Position numbers and translations under genes: made by a program. The notes below the pieces were generated by a model, which searched no databases, was not told the origin of the DNA, and saw nothing but the letters and a program-made list of their open reading frames with translations. A DNA stretch of 64,000 bases from Candidatus Saccharimonadales bacterium (lineage in GTDB: Bacteria; Patescibacteriota; Saccharimonadia; Saccharimonadales; DATKHC01). Below are positions 28,824-36,727 of this stretch, piece by piece. Every line of letters starts with the position of its first letter. Position 1 is the stretch's first letter. Location: assembly GCA_038317055.1 (NCBI GenBank), contig JBBQBA010000001.1, positions 152,153 to 216,152 on the forward strand. The letters are read 5' to 3'.

Positions 28824-30095
28824 ATGGCTCGTCTACCAATACCTGGAAGTGATACGGGCAATTGGGGAAGTATCCTCAATGACTTCTTAAGTGTCTCTTT
28901 AAATACAGATGGTTCTCTAAAAGGTTCCGCTATAGGTTCCACTGGTCCTCAAGGACCACAAGGTACCCAAGGAGCAACTGGTCCTGGAGCTGGAGCAACT
29001 GGTGCTACCGGTCCTACTGGACTACAAGGTACAACTGGCCCCACCGGAGCGATAGGCTCATCCGGTGCTACTGGCTCAGGAACAACTGGAGCTACTGGTT
29101 CTACCGGACTTCAAGGAACAACTGGTTCTACCGGACCCTCAGGTAGCGTAGGAACTCAAGGAACAACTGGTGCTACAGGACCTTCAGGTAGCGTAGGTGG
29201 TCAAGGAACAACTGGACCAACCGGTCCAACAGGAAATCAAGGAGCGACTGGTCCCGCTACTGGAGTAGCTAGTGGAGATTTAACTGGAAATTATCCGAAT
29301 CCTACTTTAGTAGGTACAGCGAATGTAGAGAGTATTATTAGAGCTAATACCTTGGATCAGTTTGGTTCAGCTACGGGTCTCATTAGTCTAGGAAATGGTA
29401 CGTCTAATAATAGGATAGTAAACTTGGCGGCTGGAACTAATTCTACTGACGCACCTAATATGAGCCAACTCGGAGGTTGGGTACCGGATGCGAATGTATG
29501 GACACGAATATCGAATACTCAGTTCACAACTCCAACAAACCAGACCAACATATATGTCAATGGTACGCAATTAAAGTGGATCGATAGTGGCGGAACTAAG
29601 TACGGTACCGTTGCGTCATCATCGTTTGCAACTTCGACTACAACCGTAATCCTAGCTTCTACTGTAGACTATTTGCTTGCATCTTCTCCGGGAGCTGGAG
29701 CTAATTGGTATTCATATACGATCCCTCCAGACTTTCCGTCAACATTTACTTGGGCTCCGACATTCTCGGGTATTACAGGTGGTGATCCTGCTGGTAGTTA
29801 CTTTTTTGGTATGATTAGCTTAAAGTTTATGTTTGTGAGTGCTACAGGTATTTCAGGAACTGCAACGGGTACCACGCTAGGAGCAACACTGCCTATGGCA
29901 GCTGGTAGAACAGTATATCAACTTGCAGAAGGCGTTGATAATGGCGCAAATGCACTTGTGGCAACAAATACCTCTGCGTCTATCTTGACAGTAGCTAGCT
30001 CTACGGCTTTAACTTTCGCTAAGGAACCTGGTGGTGCCGCATGGACAAACTCTGGCTGGCGAAAAGTCTCATTTGAAATTGTGGTGCCATTATAA
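28824..30095 (+). CDS. collagen-like triple-helix repeat protein, phage-tail-fibre-like (paralog 3)
   Basis: 423 aa. [28 protein letters not shown]-terminus, ~108 aa of G-X-Y, then ..[29 protein letters not shown].. and a beta-rich C-terminus. Confidence 0.8.
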   Translation: MARLPIPGSDTGNWGSILNDFLSVSLNTDGSLKGSAIGSTGPQGPQGTQGATGPGAGATGATGPTGLQGTTGPTGAIGSSGATGSGTTGATGSTGLQGTTGSTGPSGSVGTQGTTGATGPSGSVGGQGTTGPTGPTGNQGATGPATGVASGDLTGNYPNPTLVGTANVESIIRANTLDQFGSATGLISLGNGTSNNRIVNLAAGTNSTDAPNMSQLGGWVPDANVWTRISNTQFTTPTNQTNIYVNGTQLKWIDSGGTKYGTVASSSFATSTTTVILASTVDYLLASSPGAGANWYSYTIPPDFPSTFTWAPTFSGITGGDPAGSYFFGMISLKFMFVSATGISGTATGTTLGATLPMAAGRTVYQLAEGVDNGANALVATNTSASILTVASSTALTFAKEPGGAAWTNSGWRKVSFEIVVPL

Positions 30096-31123
30096 TGGCG
30101 CTCACTCATTGTCTACCAACTGGGTCTCTTGGTACATTTGAAATCCCAGTAATTCAAGTACCCGGAGGTGGAACTGTATTGGAACCGGTTGGATCGAAGC
30201 GTGGAGTGGTAGTACTACTCCATGGACTACAGCTTATAAATAACTCATCCTTCCCTGTTACCTTAATCGATAATTCGGTAGACCAGTTATTAACTTTTGC
30301 TAATGATCTAGTCGCTGATGGTTGGGTAGTACTTTTTCCGGGTATGATGGGAGATAATAATGTACTAAGCCAAGATAACGCAATATTTAACGACATAAGT
30401 AATGACACAGGTCACGGATCAAGACTACTATCTAATACTATGCACTGGTGGGACCACGTTGTGGATTGGGTGAGTATGAACTATGGTAGTTTGCCAATAG
30501 TTCCTTTTGGAATCTCATGGGGGGGTTGGCATGCTCTGCAAATAGGTATAAATAGAACTTCTTCGATCTTAGCATATGGAGCTAATACTCCAGTCACTCA
30601 ATTGTGGACGCTTCCTTTTTTCAACCTATATGATAAGCCACCAAAGGTCTCCTATACTCTTGATTCCAGTATGAATAATCAAAACCTCCCGCAATCGACA
30701 ATCACAGTAAATGAGTCTATATCAGGAGCAGCTAGCTCTGGTTCTTTAGTAGTTGTTACTTCTTCTGGCAACCAATTTGTATATTACACCGGTAAAAGTG
30801 GAAAGTCTTTTACGGGCTGCACTGGCGGTTTTGGTACAGACACAATGTCAAGTAATGGCTCTGTTACTCAATCTACCTTTACTAGTGGGCTTGATATTTC
30901 GCCAACTGCATTAAACGGCGTAACTACTATTCCAGGATATGTAACTTGGGAAACGGGTGATCTTGTGGTTGGTTACGCCAACACACAAGTTCTTTATAAT
31001 ACAGCTACGGCTGCTGGTATTCAACTTACTAACAACGTAATTACTGGCGGAGGTCATAATCTTTTAGCAACAGAGGTATCAGCGGCTATGAATTGGTTCA
31101 CCAGTATCGTGGATAATCTATGA
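30095..31123 (+). CDS. alpha/beta-hydrolase-fold protein (GxSxG), paralog of 13949..15724
   Basis: 342 aa. Its ATG overlaps the fibre gene stop (TAATGG). HWWDHVV and GISWGGWHAL nucleophile elbow. C-terminal FVYYTGKSGKSFTGCTGG motif. Confidence 0.65.
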   Translation: MALTHCLPTGSLGTFEIPVIQVPGGGTVLEPVGSKRGVVVLLHGLQLINNSSFPVTLIDNSVDQLLTFANDLVADGWVVLFPGMMGDNNVLSQDNAIFNDISNDTGHGSRLLSNTMHWWDHVVDWVSMNYGSLPIVPFGISWGGWHALQIGINRTSSILAYGANTPVTQLWTLPFFNLYDKPPKVSYTLDSSMNNQNLPQSTITVNESISGAASSGSLVVVTSSGNQFVYYTGKSGKSFTGCTGGFGTDTMSSNGSVTQSTFTSGLDISPTALNGVTTIPGYVTWETGDLVVGYANTQVLYNTATAAGIQLTNNVITGGGHNLLATEVSAAMNWFTSIVDNL

Positions 31124-31162
31124 CTTCAGGTATTCATGTCTAGCAACAATATTTCTAGGTTC

Positions 31163-31199
31163 CGAACTACCTGTACCCCAGTTTCCAAGAGGTAGTTCG
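31163..31199 (-). repeat. 10-bp-stem hairpin with 17-nt loop resembling the tRNA-Glu 3' end (candidate cassette-boundary element)
   Basis: Minus strand: CGAACTACCT-CTTGGAAACTGGGGTAC-AGGTAGTTCG. The loop CTGGGGTAC compares with the tRNA-Glu acceptor 3' strand TTGGGGTCAC. It lies downstream of tRNA-Glu plus one ORF. No T-run follows. Confidence 0.3.
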
Positions 31200-31425
31200 A
31201 TCAAGACGCCTATTGGCTCTAAGAGCTGAGTAATGGTTTTACACATAGATTATTGGCAATTACTACCTAATCTTTTCCATTTCAGAATGTAGTCTTTAAT
31301 AAAAATGTTTATTATTTTAAAAATATAAAACTTGGTGAGTTTGATAAGTTCGAAATGTAACCAAATATAGCAAGAACTAATAATGATGTATGAAATAGTA
31401 AACAAAGTCAGTGCGATAGATGAGG

Positions 31426-31842
31426 CTACTGTTTAGATTTTAAATCGCTTATAGTCTTTGACCATTGGTTATTCTTTTTAAAGTTTTGCTGTGTCGACAA
31501 TAGAGTTGCGTCAATGCCCCCTAATATTACTGCTTCCTTGTCACGATTTACCCACGACAATTTATATTTTTTATTGTTTGTTTCAATAAAAAATGTTGGC
31601 GTTTTAACTAAAGAAGACAGGGTATATGACAGTCTACTCGAAAAATACTTTGTAGTCTTTTTTATCTGCTCAATAGGTACATCTTCAATAATTTGATTAC
31701 TTTTAATGTCTTTAATTACTAAGTGAGTAGTATACAAAGTAAGGTTAAGCCTTTGAGCTGTAACACCTTTTTGTAAATAATTTTGTAGCTGTCCGTTATC
31801 GCTGAGCATTATCGAATTGGTAGATTTTTCTTTTGTATCCAT
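31426..31842 (-). CDS. hypothetical protein (138 aa) directly downstream of tRNA-Glu
   Basis: ORF starts 38 nt after the tRNA 3' end, on the same strand. No recognisable domain. Confidence 0.5.
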   Translation of the reverse strand: MDTKEKSTNSIMLSDNGQLQNYLQKGVTAQRLNLTLYTTHLVIKDIKSNQIIEDVPIEQIKKTTKYFSSRLSYTLSSLVKTPTFFIETNNKKYKLSWVNRDKEAVILGGIDATLLSTQQNFKKNNQWSKTISDLKSKQ

Positions 31843-31879
31843 AAATTAATATTAGCATTATTATATTTATAGTAATAAC

Positions 31880-31954
31880 TGGTGACCCCAAGGAGAATCG
31901 AACTCCTATTGCCAGGATGAAAACCTGGTGTCCTAACCGTTAGACGATGGGGCC
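31880..31954 (-). tRNA. tRNA-Glu (anticodon UUC)
   Basis: Reverse complement GGCCCCATCGTCTAACGGTTAGGACACCAGGTTTTCATCCTGGCAATAGGAGTTCGATTCTCCTTGGGGTCACCA folds as a cloverleaf. Anticodon loop TTTTCAT. CCA encoded. Confidence 0.95.
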
Positions 31955-32120
31955 TTACATGCTCCGCAAATGTTATCATAACAGATAGCTAAATGAAAAT
32001 CCCCCTGGTTTCCCAAGAGGATCTTCAAAGTTTACTCAGAGCGGTCAGTCATTGCTCATTTATCTAGGACTGATAGTAACACATTTTCGGTGTTATTTCT
32101 ACCGCTTATCCACAAGTATA

Positions 32121-33065
32121 TTATTTTGTGTTTCGAGCAAACAGACTACGTGTCTTGTATAAGTGACGACCAATACCAGCTACAAGTACTGTACCTGCGA
32201 ATAACGCAACAACGCTTCCAGGACCAGTGTTAACTAGTGTGGTAGGAGTTGGTGTAGGAGTAGGTGTAGGAGTTGGTGTAGGAGTTGGTGTTGGAGTAGG
32301 TGTAGGAGTTGGTATTGGAGGTATAACTTGAGTTTGTACCTGATATATAACTACTATTCGGTAGTTGTAACAACCCCATTGGTCACCACTTTGACCAGCA
32401 CCTGGGAAAGTAGGATTACCTATGTTAGTTGTGTTGTTAACTGTATTGTCAGCTAAGTTTCCCCATGAAGGAGTAGCAACTGTTAAGTTGTAGTGAACAG
32501 AACCAGGAACTAATGTTAGTTTAACCTGTTGACCATTACATACTAGTGTCGCACCGTCAGATACAGTTGGCGCATTTGCAGCACTTACTGTACTTGCAAA
32601 TGAGAAGTTACTACCAGTTGTGTTCAAACCTGGAGCAGCTAGAGCTAACTTTACATCGTGAGCAACTGCTGAACCGGCACCGTTATCATTTAAGTTAGGC
32701 ATTGCATCGTTGTGGATGTAAGTCCAAACATCGAATTTGCTATCAGCACTACAAGCAGAAGTAACTGAATCAGCAAGTGCTGGGTTAGCTATATTAAGGC
32801 TTGTGTCTGTTCCACTTATATTAGATCGAATTCGTACAAAGTTAGATTCGTTACCTAAAGGAACTGGACCTGTTGTTGAATTTAAGGGTGTAGGGTCGCC
32901 ACAAATGTTATTGAATACAGGTGTGCTACTGGTAAAAAAGTTACCGCTTGTGTCGTATTGGAAACATGCAGGATTTGCATGAGCAACATTCATTGACATT
33001 GCCATAGTTGCTACAAATGTTAGTCCAACTAAGCTTCCTATTACTTTATTAATTATCTTCATCAT
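32121..33065 (-). CDS. secreted surface protein with (TP)n stalk and LPXTG-like (LVNTG) sorting signal
   Basis: 314 aa. Signal peptide ..ATMAMSMNVAHA, (PT)x~13, then LVNTGPG plus hydrophobic helix plus basic tail (HLYKTRSLFARNTK), the tripartite sortase-signal layout. Confidence 0.65.
   Translation of the reverse strand: MMKIINKVIGSLVGLTFVATMAMSMNVAHANPACFQYDTSGNFFTSSTPVFNNICGDPTPLNSTTGPVPLGNESNFVRIRSNISGTDTSLNIANPALADSVTSACSADSKFDVWTYIHNDAMPNLNDNGAGSAVAHDVKLALAAPGLNTTGSNFSFASTVSAANAPTVSDGATLVCNGQQVKLTLVPGSVHYNLTVATPSWGNLADNTVNNTTNIGNPTFPGAGQSGDQWGCYNYRIVVIYQVQTQVIPPIPTPTPTPTPTPTPTPTPTPTPTPTTLVNTGPGSVVALFAGTVLVAGIGRHLYKTRSLFARNTK
32241..32318 (-). repeat. hexanucleotide tandem repeat encoding (Thr-Pro)n
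   Basis: GGTGTAGGAGTT-type 6-nt units repeated ~13 times inside the CDS. Confidence 0.85.
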
Positions 33066-33100
33066 AATCTCCTTATATATACTTTCTTAATTCTTTACGT

Positions 33101-34417
33101 TTATCCGTTACCGGGGTTAGTTCCCTTACCGGGAGTAGTAGTTGGAGGAACAGTGTTAGGTGTAGTAGTAGGTGGCACTGTGTTAGGTGTAGTAGTAGGT
33201 GGCACTGTGTTAGGGGTAGTAGTAGGTGGGAAAGTGTTAGGTGTATTCGTAGTTGTTGGAGGGTGGAATATTGTTGTTGGTGTTCCGCCACCTGAGCCGC
33301 CGCCGTTTCCGCCACTGCCAGATCCACCTGAACCAGAACCGCTTCCAGAACCTGAGCCTGAGCCACTGCCTGAACCAGAACCGCTTCCAGAACCTGAGCC
33401 TGTACTTACGCCAGTTACAGGAGTTCCGGCTGATACTGTTACTGTAGTTGGTCTTCCACTGTTACTAAAGGTAGTTACAGTCTTAGTTCCATTAGGATTT
33501 TCAACGACTGTTACTGGGTTACCATTTGCGTTAATTGATACATTAACCGAATTTGGTGATACAGCATTATTTGGACTTACTTTGACCTTAGGAGCATTCT
33601 CTGCGAATTCAATCGTGTTGTTTGCGATAAGCTTGTTTATTAAGAAAGTACCGTCAGACTGAAACAACATAAGTTGTTCAAGCTTCTGATATAGTGCTGA
33701 TTCTTCTGGTGTAAGATTCTGATTAACTTGGTTAAAGCCTAATAGGAAACCTTTAAGGTTGCCTGATACGTTAGGAGCCTTATCTTGAATACCAACTATA
33801 ACTTTGTTAATTCTAACTGCTGCAATTTCGGTTACCTGATTTGTTGTAGCAGAAAAAGTATTTGTTGGAACTAGGAATGAAAGTGCTGCATTAGCTGCAT
33901 TTTCAGCATCTTTAGCTGCAGTCTTGCTCTTTATGTAAGTATTACTTAAATCTCTTATCCGTGTAAGAACATCCTGACCAGGAAGTTGTTTCTGGTCTCT
34001 TAGTTCTAATACATAGTTAACTACTGCTAGAGCTTCTGGGCTTTTACAAATAGTTTCTTGAATTCGCTTTTTAGCTTCATCAGGACTTACTAGTTTTTCA
34101 TTACCGTGTTTGTCTCGATTATATAGGGGCGGGAAAATTGCTTCTGGAACCACAAAATTTGATTCTGGAAGGTTTTTAGTTAAATCGTCTGCACAAACTT
34201 CTGCATTAAAAGTAAATGCCACTTCACCACTTGGTGTTGTAGTGGTTGATTTACTTGCAGGTGGTGTTTCACCAGATGAACAGCTAGCTAGACTAACTGC
34301 ACCGACTACTGAAGCAGCCGCAATTACTAAGTTTCTGCGCCAATTAGATACTGATTCTACGTCTTCTTGAGACTGAACAGCCATTACTTGAGTACTTTCA
34401 ATTTGTACTTCTTCCAT
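33101..34417 (-). CDS. putative lipoprotein with (GS)n and PNTVPPTTT tandem repeats
   Basis: 438 aa. Lipobox-like VSLASC after a hydrophobic segment. C-terminal Gly/Ser tract (~40 aa) and 4 x 9-aa repeats. Confidence 0.6.
   Translation of the reverse strand: MEEVQIESTQVMAVQSQEDVESVSNWRRNLVIAAASVVGAVSLASCSSGETPPASKSTTTTPSGEVAFTFNAEVCADDLTKNLPESNFVVPEAIFPPLYNRDKHGNEKLVSPDEAKKRIQETICKSPEALAVVNYVLELRDQKQLPGQDVLTRIRDLSNTYIKSKTAAKDAENAANAALSFLVPTNTFSATTNQVTEIAAVRINKVIVGIQDKAPNVSGNLKGFLLGFNQVNQNLTPEESALYQKLEQLMLFQSDGTFLINKLIANNTIEFAENAPKVKVSPNNAVSPNSVNVSINANGNPVTVVENPNGTKTVTTFSNSGRPTTVTVSAGTPVTGVSTGSGSGSGSGSGSGSGSGSGSGSGSGGSGSGGNGGGSGGGTPTTIFHPPTTTNTPNTFPPTTTPNTVPPTTTPNTVPPTTTPNTVPPTTTPGKGTNPGNG
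33135..33242 (-). repeat. 27-bp x 4 tandem repeat (encodes PNTVPPTTT units)
   Basis: Units at 33135-33161, 33162-33188, 33189-33215 and 33216-33242. The middle two are identical except for 1 nt. Confidence 0.9.
33284..33402 (-). repeat. low-complexity Gly/Ser-coding tract
   Basis: GAACC/GAGCC/GCTTCC-type units encoding GSGSGS...GGSGSGGNGGGSGGG. Confidence 0.8.
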
Positions 34418-34569
34418 ATTCTCTCCTCTTAAAACTTATTTCTCCGCTGTTATTTCAGAAGAATATCCTGAAAAACATTTCAAGCACTAGTTTATCACAT
34501 TTTAACGCTTATGTCAATGCTTTTATTTAATATTCCTAAGAATAAGCAAATAGCTCTTATTAATGGCTT

Positions 34570-35619
34570 CTACCTTCTTCGAGAAGCATTTCTAGTCATA
34601 ATTCTAGACGCAACTTTTAATTGATCCCTTAAGCTAGATAACCACGTGATTGTTTCTGTAGATAGTTGCATATGAGCGACGCAAGTATTGCCAATTGCTA
34701 GGTCAATAGAATCTTGTTTAATTCTTGCTAATCTTTCATATTCTGCACGTTGTTCTTGACCGCGCTTATCTTTCTTGGCACTACCGATTTTTACGGTTCT
34801 TCTACCTGTTGAAAACGTTTCAGTGTGCTCAAGTAGTTTAAAGTCACCAGGTTGAACAAGTTCTACGGCTATTAGCACATTATTATTAGAGCTAAGTTGT
34901 TCCATTGCTGATTCATATTTGGGGTTCAGGTAACCATCTTTGAATTCATCTCCCCTAAAGTCTGAAACAATGAAAACAATATTTCCGACTGCTATCTTAC
35001 CGGCTCGTCTAAGTACATCTGTAAGGGTTAGTTCTTCATTGTCACTTAATTCAGGACGTTCTATACGGCCAGCGCTCATTTCCACTGCTTCTATAGCGTG
35101 TTCGCCATCAAATTCGGGGGTAAATAGTTGTGCTATATCATCACGCGTTTTTTGAAAACGCCTTACGTTTGGCTTAGGTTGTACGTATAGAGTGTGATCG
35201 CTGGTTGCTACTAGGGCGCTAGGAACATGTTGTTCGTTGGCCACTCGAAGTAGGCTATCTACTACAGATGCACCAAGGAGTCTCTCAGAACACATTCCCT
35301 GACTAACAGTTGATCTTTCCTTAAATACATCAGTTACGACAACTAGTGAAGGAGCTATTTCATCGATCCTATCCCTTACTACTGGTTTAAGATTAGGGTT
35401 TCCTGATGTTAATTTCCAATCAATATCTCTATAACTATCGCCAGATTCAAATTCATGTGTACCGTAACTTTCTGTGCCTCGGCCACGGCTATTTGAAGTC
35501 ACATCACCACGAACCAAGCCTCTTAGATTAGGTGCTTCAATTCTAGGAATTGGATCTAGTCGTTCACCTTTTTCTACTGGGTCAAACAATTGTTCAATCT
35601 GATCTGATTCGTATGACAT
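34570..35619 (-). CDS. DUF58 domain protein (MoxR-associated)
   Basis: 349 aa. FESGDSYRDIDWKLTSG matches the DUF58 signature (..GD..R.IDW...AR). Immediately downstream of MoxR. Confidence 0.75.
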   Translation of the reverse strand: MSYESDQIEQLFDPVEKGERLDPIPRIEAPNLRGLVRGDVTSNSRGRGTESYGTHEFESGDSYRDIDWKLTSGNPNLKPVVRDRIDEIAPSLVVVTDVFKERSTVSQGMCSERLLGASVVDSLLRVANEQHVPSALVATSDHTLYVQPKPNVRRFQKTRDDIAQLFTPEFDGEHAIEAVEMSAGRIERPELSDNEELTLTDVLRRAGKIAVGNIVFIVSDFRGDEFKDGYLNPKYESAMEQLSSNNNVLIAVELVQPGDFKLLEHTETFSTGRRTVKIGSAKKDKRGQEQRAEYERLARIKQDSIDLAIGNTCVAHMQLSTETITWLSSLRDQLKVASRIMTRNASRRR

Positions 35620-35659
35620 TTTTTGAAACCTTATAATTTAAGACTAAATATGTTTAAAC

Positions 35660-36700
35660 TTATTTGTTTAAATCTGCTTCAGTGCTTTGAGGATGTTGAT
35701 CAGTAACTCGGCTTAGTATTTCACTGAAAGGTTGTCGAACGTTGTGCTTTAGAGCAACACGATGACCTAATACAAATGGGGCTATGTAATCAACATGAGT
35801 ATCGTTAACTACTGACTTTCCTTTACTTAGTGCTAAAGCAGAAGCAAATCTAATTGTCTGAATAAGTGGCCGAGCACCAGCAAGTATTGTAAATTCTTTA
35901 TCAATTTCTGACTGTTCGCGAAGATCTACTATGATCTCAGCTGCTCTTTGTTTAACTTGATCTGGGATCTTAACTAGCATTAAAGCTCGAGCAACGATTT
36001 CGAAATCTTCAACTTCAACTTTTCTTTCAGCCTTAACAGGGTTTAGTCCAAACTCTGCAGCTGCAATCATGTCTGATGCATCATAGGGTTGCATGTAATA
36101 ACTAACACCAAGACGGTCTCTAAGAGTAGTGATTATTCGTCTAGTTCCTTCTTGATAATCTTCAGGGTTCTGAGTACCAATGAACATTCTTTTCTCGGGT
36201 AACTTATGTGTAACTCCATCAACAGTTACTTGGCCTTCTTCCATAGCCTCAATAAATCCAGCTTGTTCTCTCTCGCCATTTCTGTTCAACTCATCTGCAA
36301 GAACAACTGAGTTAAAAACTGGTCCCTGGATGAATTTTCTATCACCAGTTTTAGGATTAAATGTGTAGTATCCAGTTATGTCTGAAGGTCTATTATCTGG
36401 CTGCCCTTGAATTCGGCCTAATGTACCACCAAGAGTATCGGCTATAGCTTTAGCCATTGTAGTTTTACCTAGACCCGGATCAGCTTCAAGTAGCATATGA
36501 GCATTTTGCATTCCAGATGCTAAAGTTGAAATAGTTCTAAGATTAGAATCCATGTGAACAGTGCCAACTAATCCATTTTCAATATCATCAAAAACGCCTG
36601 CAGCATCTTCAATTTTTTCTCTGTTACTAAGTTCATCCCAGCCTTCTAGTTCTGGTACTTGTGGTGATTGTATTTCGTGTGATCTTTCCATTGTACTCAT
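35660..36700 (-). CDS. MoxR family AAA+ ATPase
   Basis: 346 aa. Walker A DPGLGKTTMAKA, Walker B LADELNR, sensor and arginine regions typical of MoxR. Confidence 0.9.
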   Translation of the reverse strand: MSTMERSHEIQSPQVPELEGWDELSNREKIEDAAGVFDDIENGLVGTVHMDSNLRTISTLASGMQNAHMLLEADPGLGKTTMAKAIADTLGGTLGRIQGQPDNRPSDITGYYTFNPKTGDRKFIQGPVFNSVVLADELNRNGEREQAGFIEAMEEGQVTVDGVTHKLPEKRMFIGTQNPEDYQEGTRRIITTLRDRLGVSYYMQPYDASDMIAAAEFGLNPVKAERKVEVEDFEIVARALMLVKIPDQVKQRAAEIIVDLREQSEIDKEFTILAGARPLIQTIRFASALALSKGKSVVNDTHVDYIAPFVLGHRVALKHNVRQPFSEILSRVTDQHPQSTEADLNK

Positions 36701-36727
36701 AATATTCTCCTTAAATTAAATCCGTTA

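Noticed and set aside
13949-31123. Interpreting the fibre region as a prophage
   Set aside because: No capsid, portal, terminase, tape-measure, tube or sheath, lysis or integrase genes, and no att duplication, are visible. Only fibre-like and hydrolase genes are present. It is kept as phage-derived or domesticated, not as a prophage.
31955-32120. 166-nt gap between the LVNTG protein gene and tRNA-Glu as a possible structured ncRNA
   Set aside because: I could not recognise any known RNA family (SRP, 6S, RNase P, riboswitch cores). Only a weak 5-bp hairpin is present. It most likely holds the terminator and promoter for the tRNA.
33073-33662. Track ORFs 33073..33366 (-), 33153..33662 (+) and 33253..33447 (+)
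   Set aside because: They lie within the Gly/Ser and PNTVPPTTT repeat-coding part of the 438-aa gene. These are repeat-driven open frames with low-complexity products.
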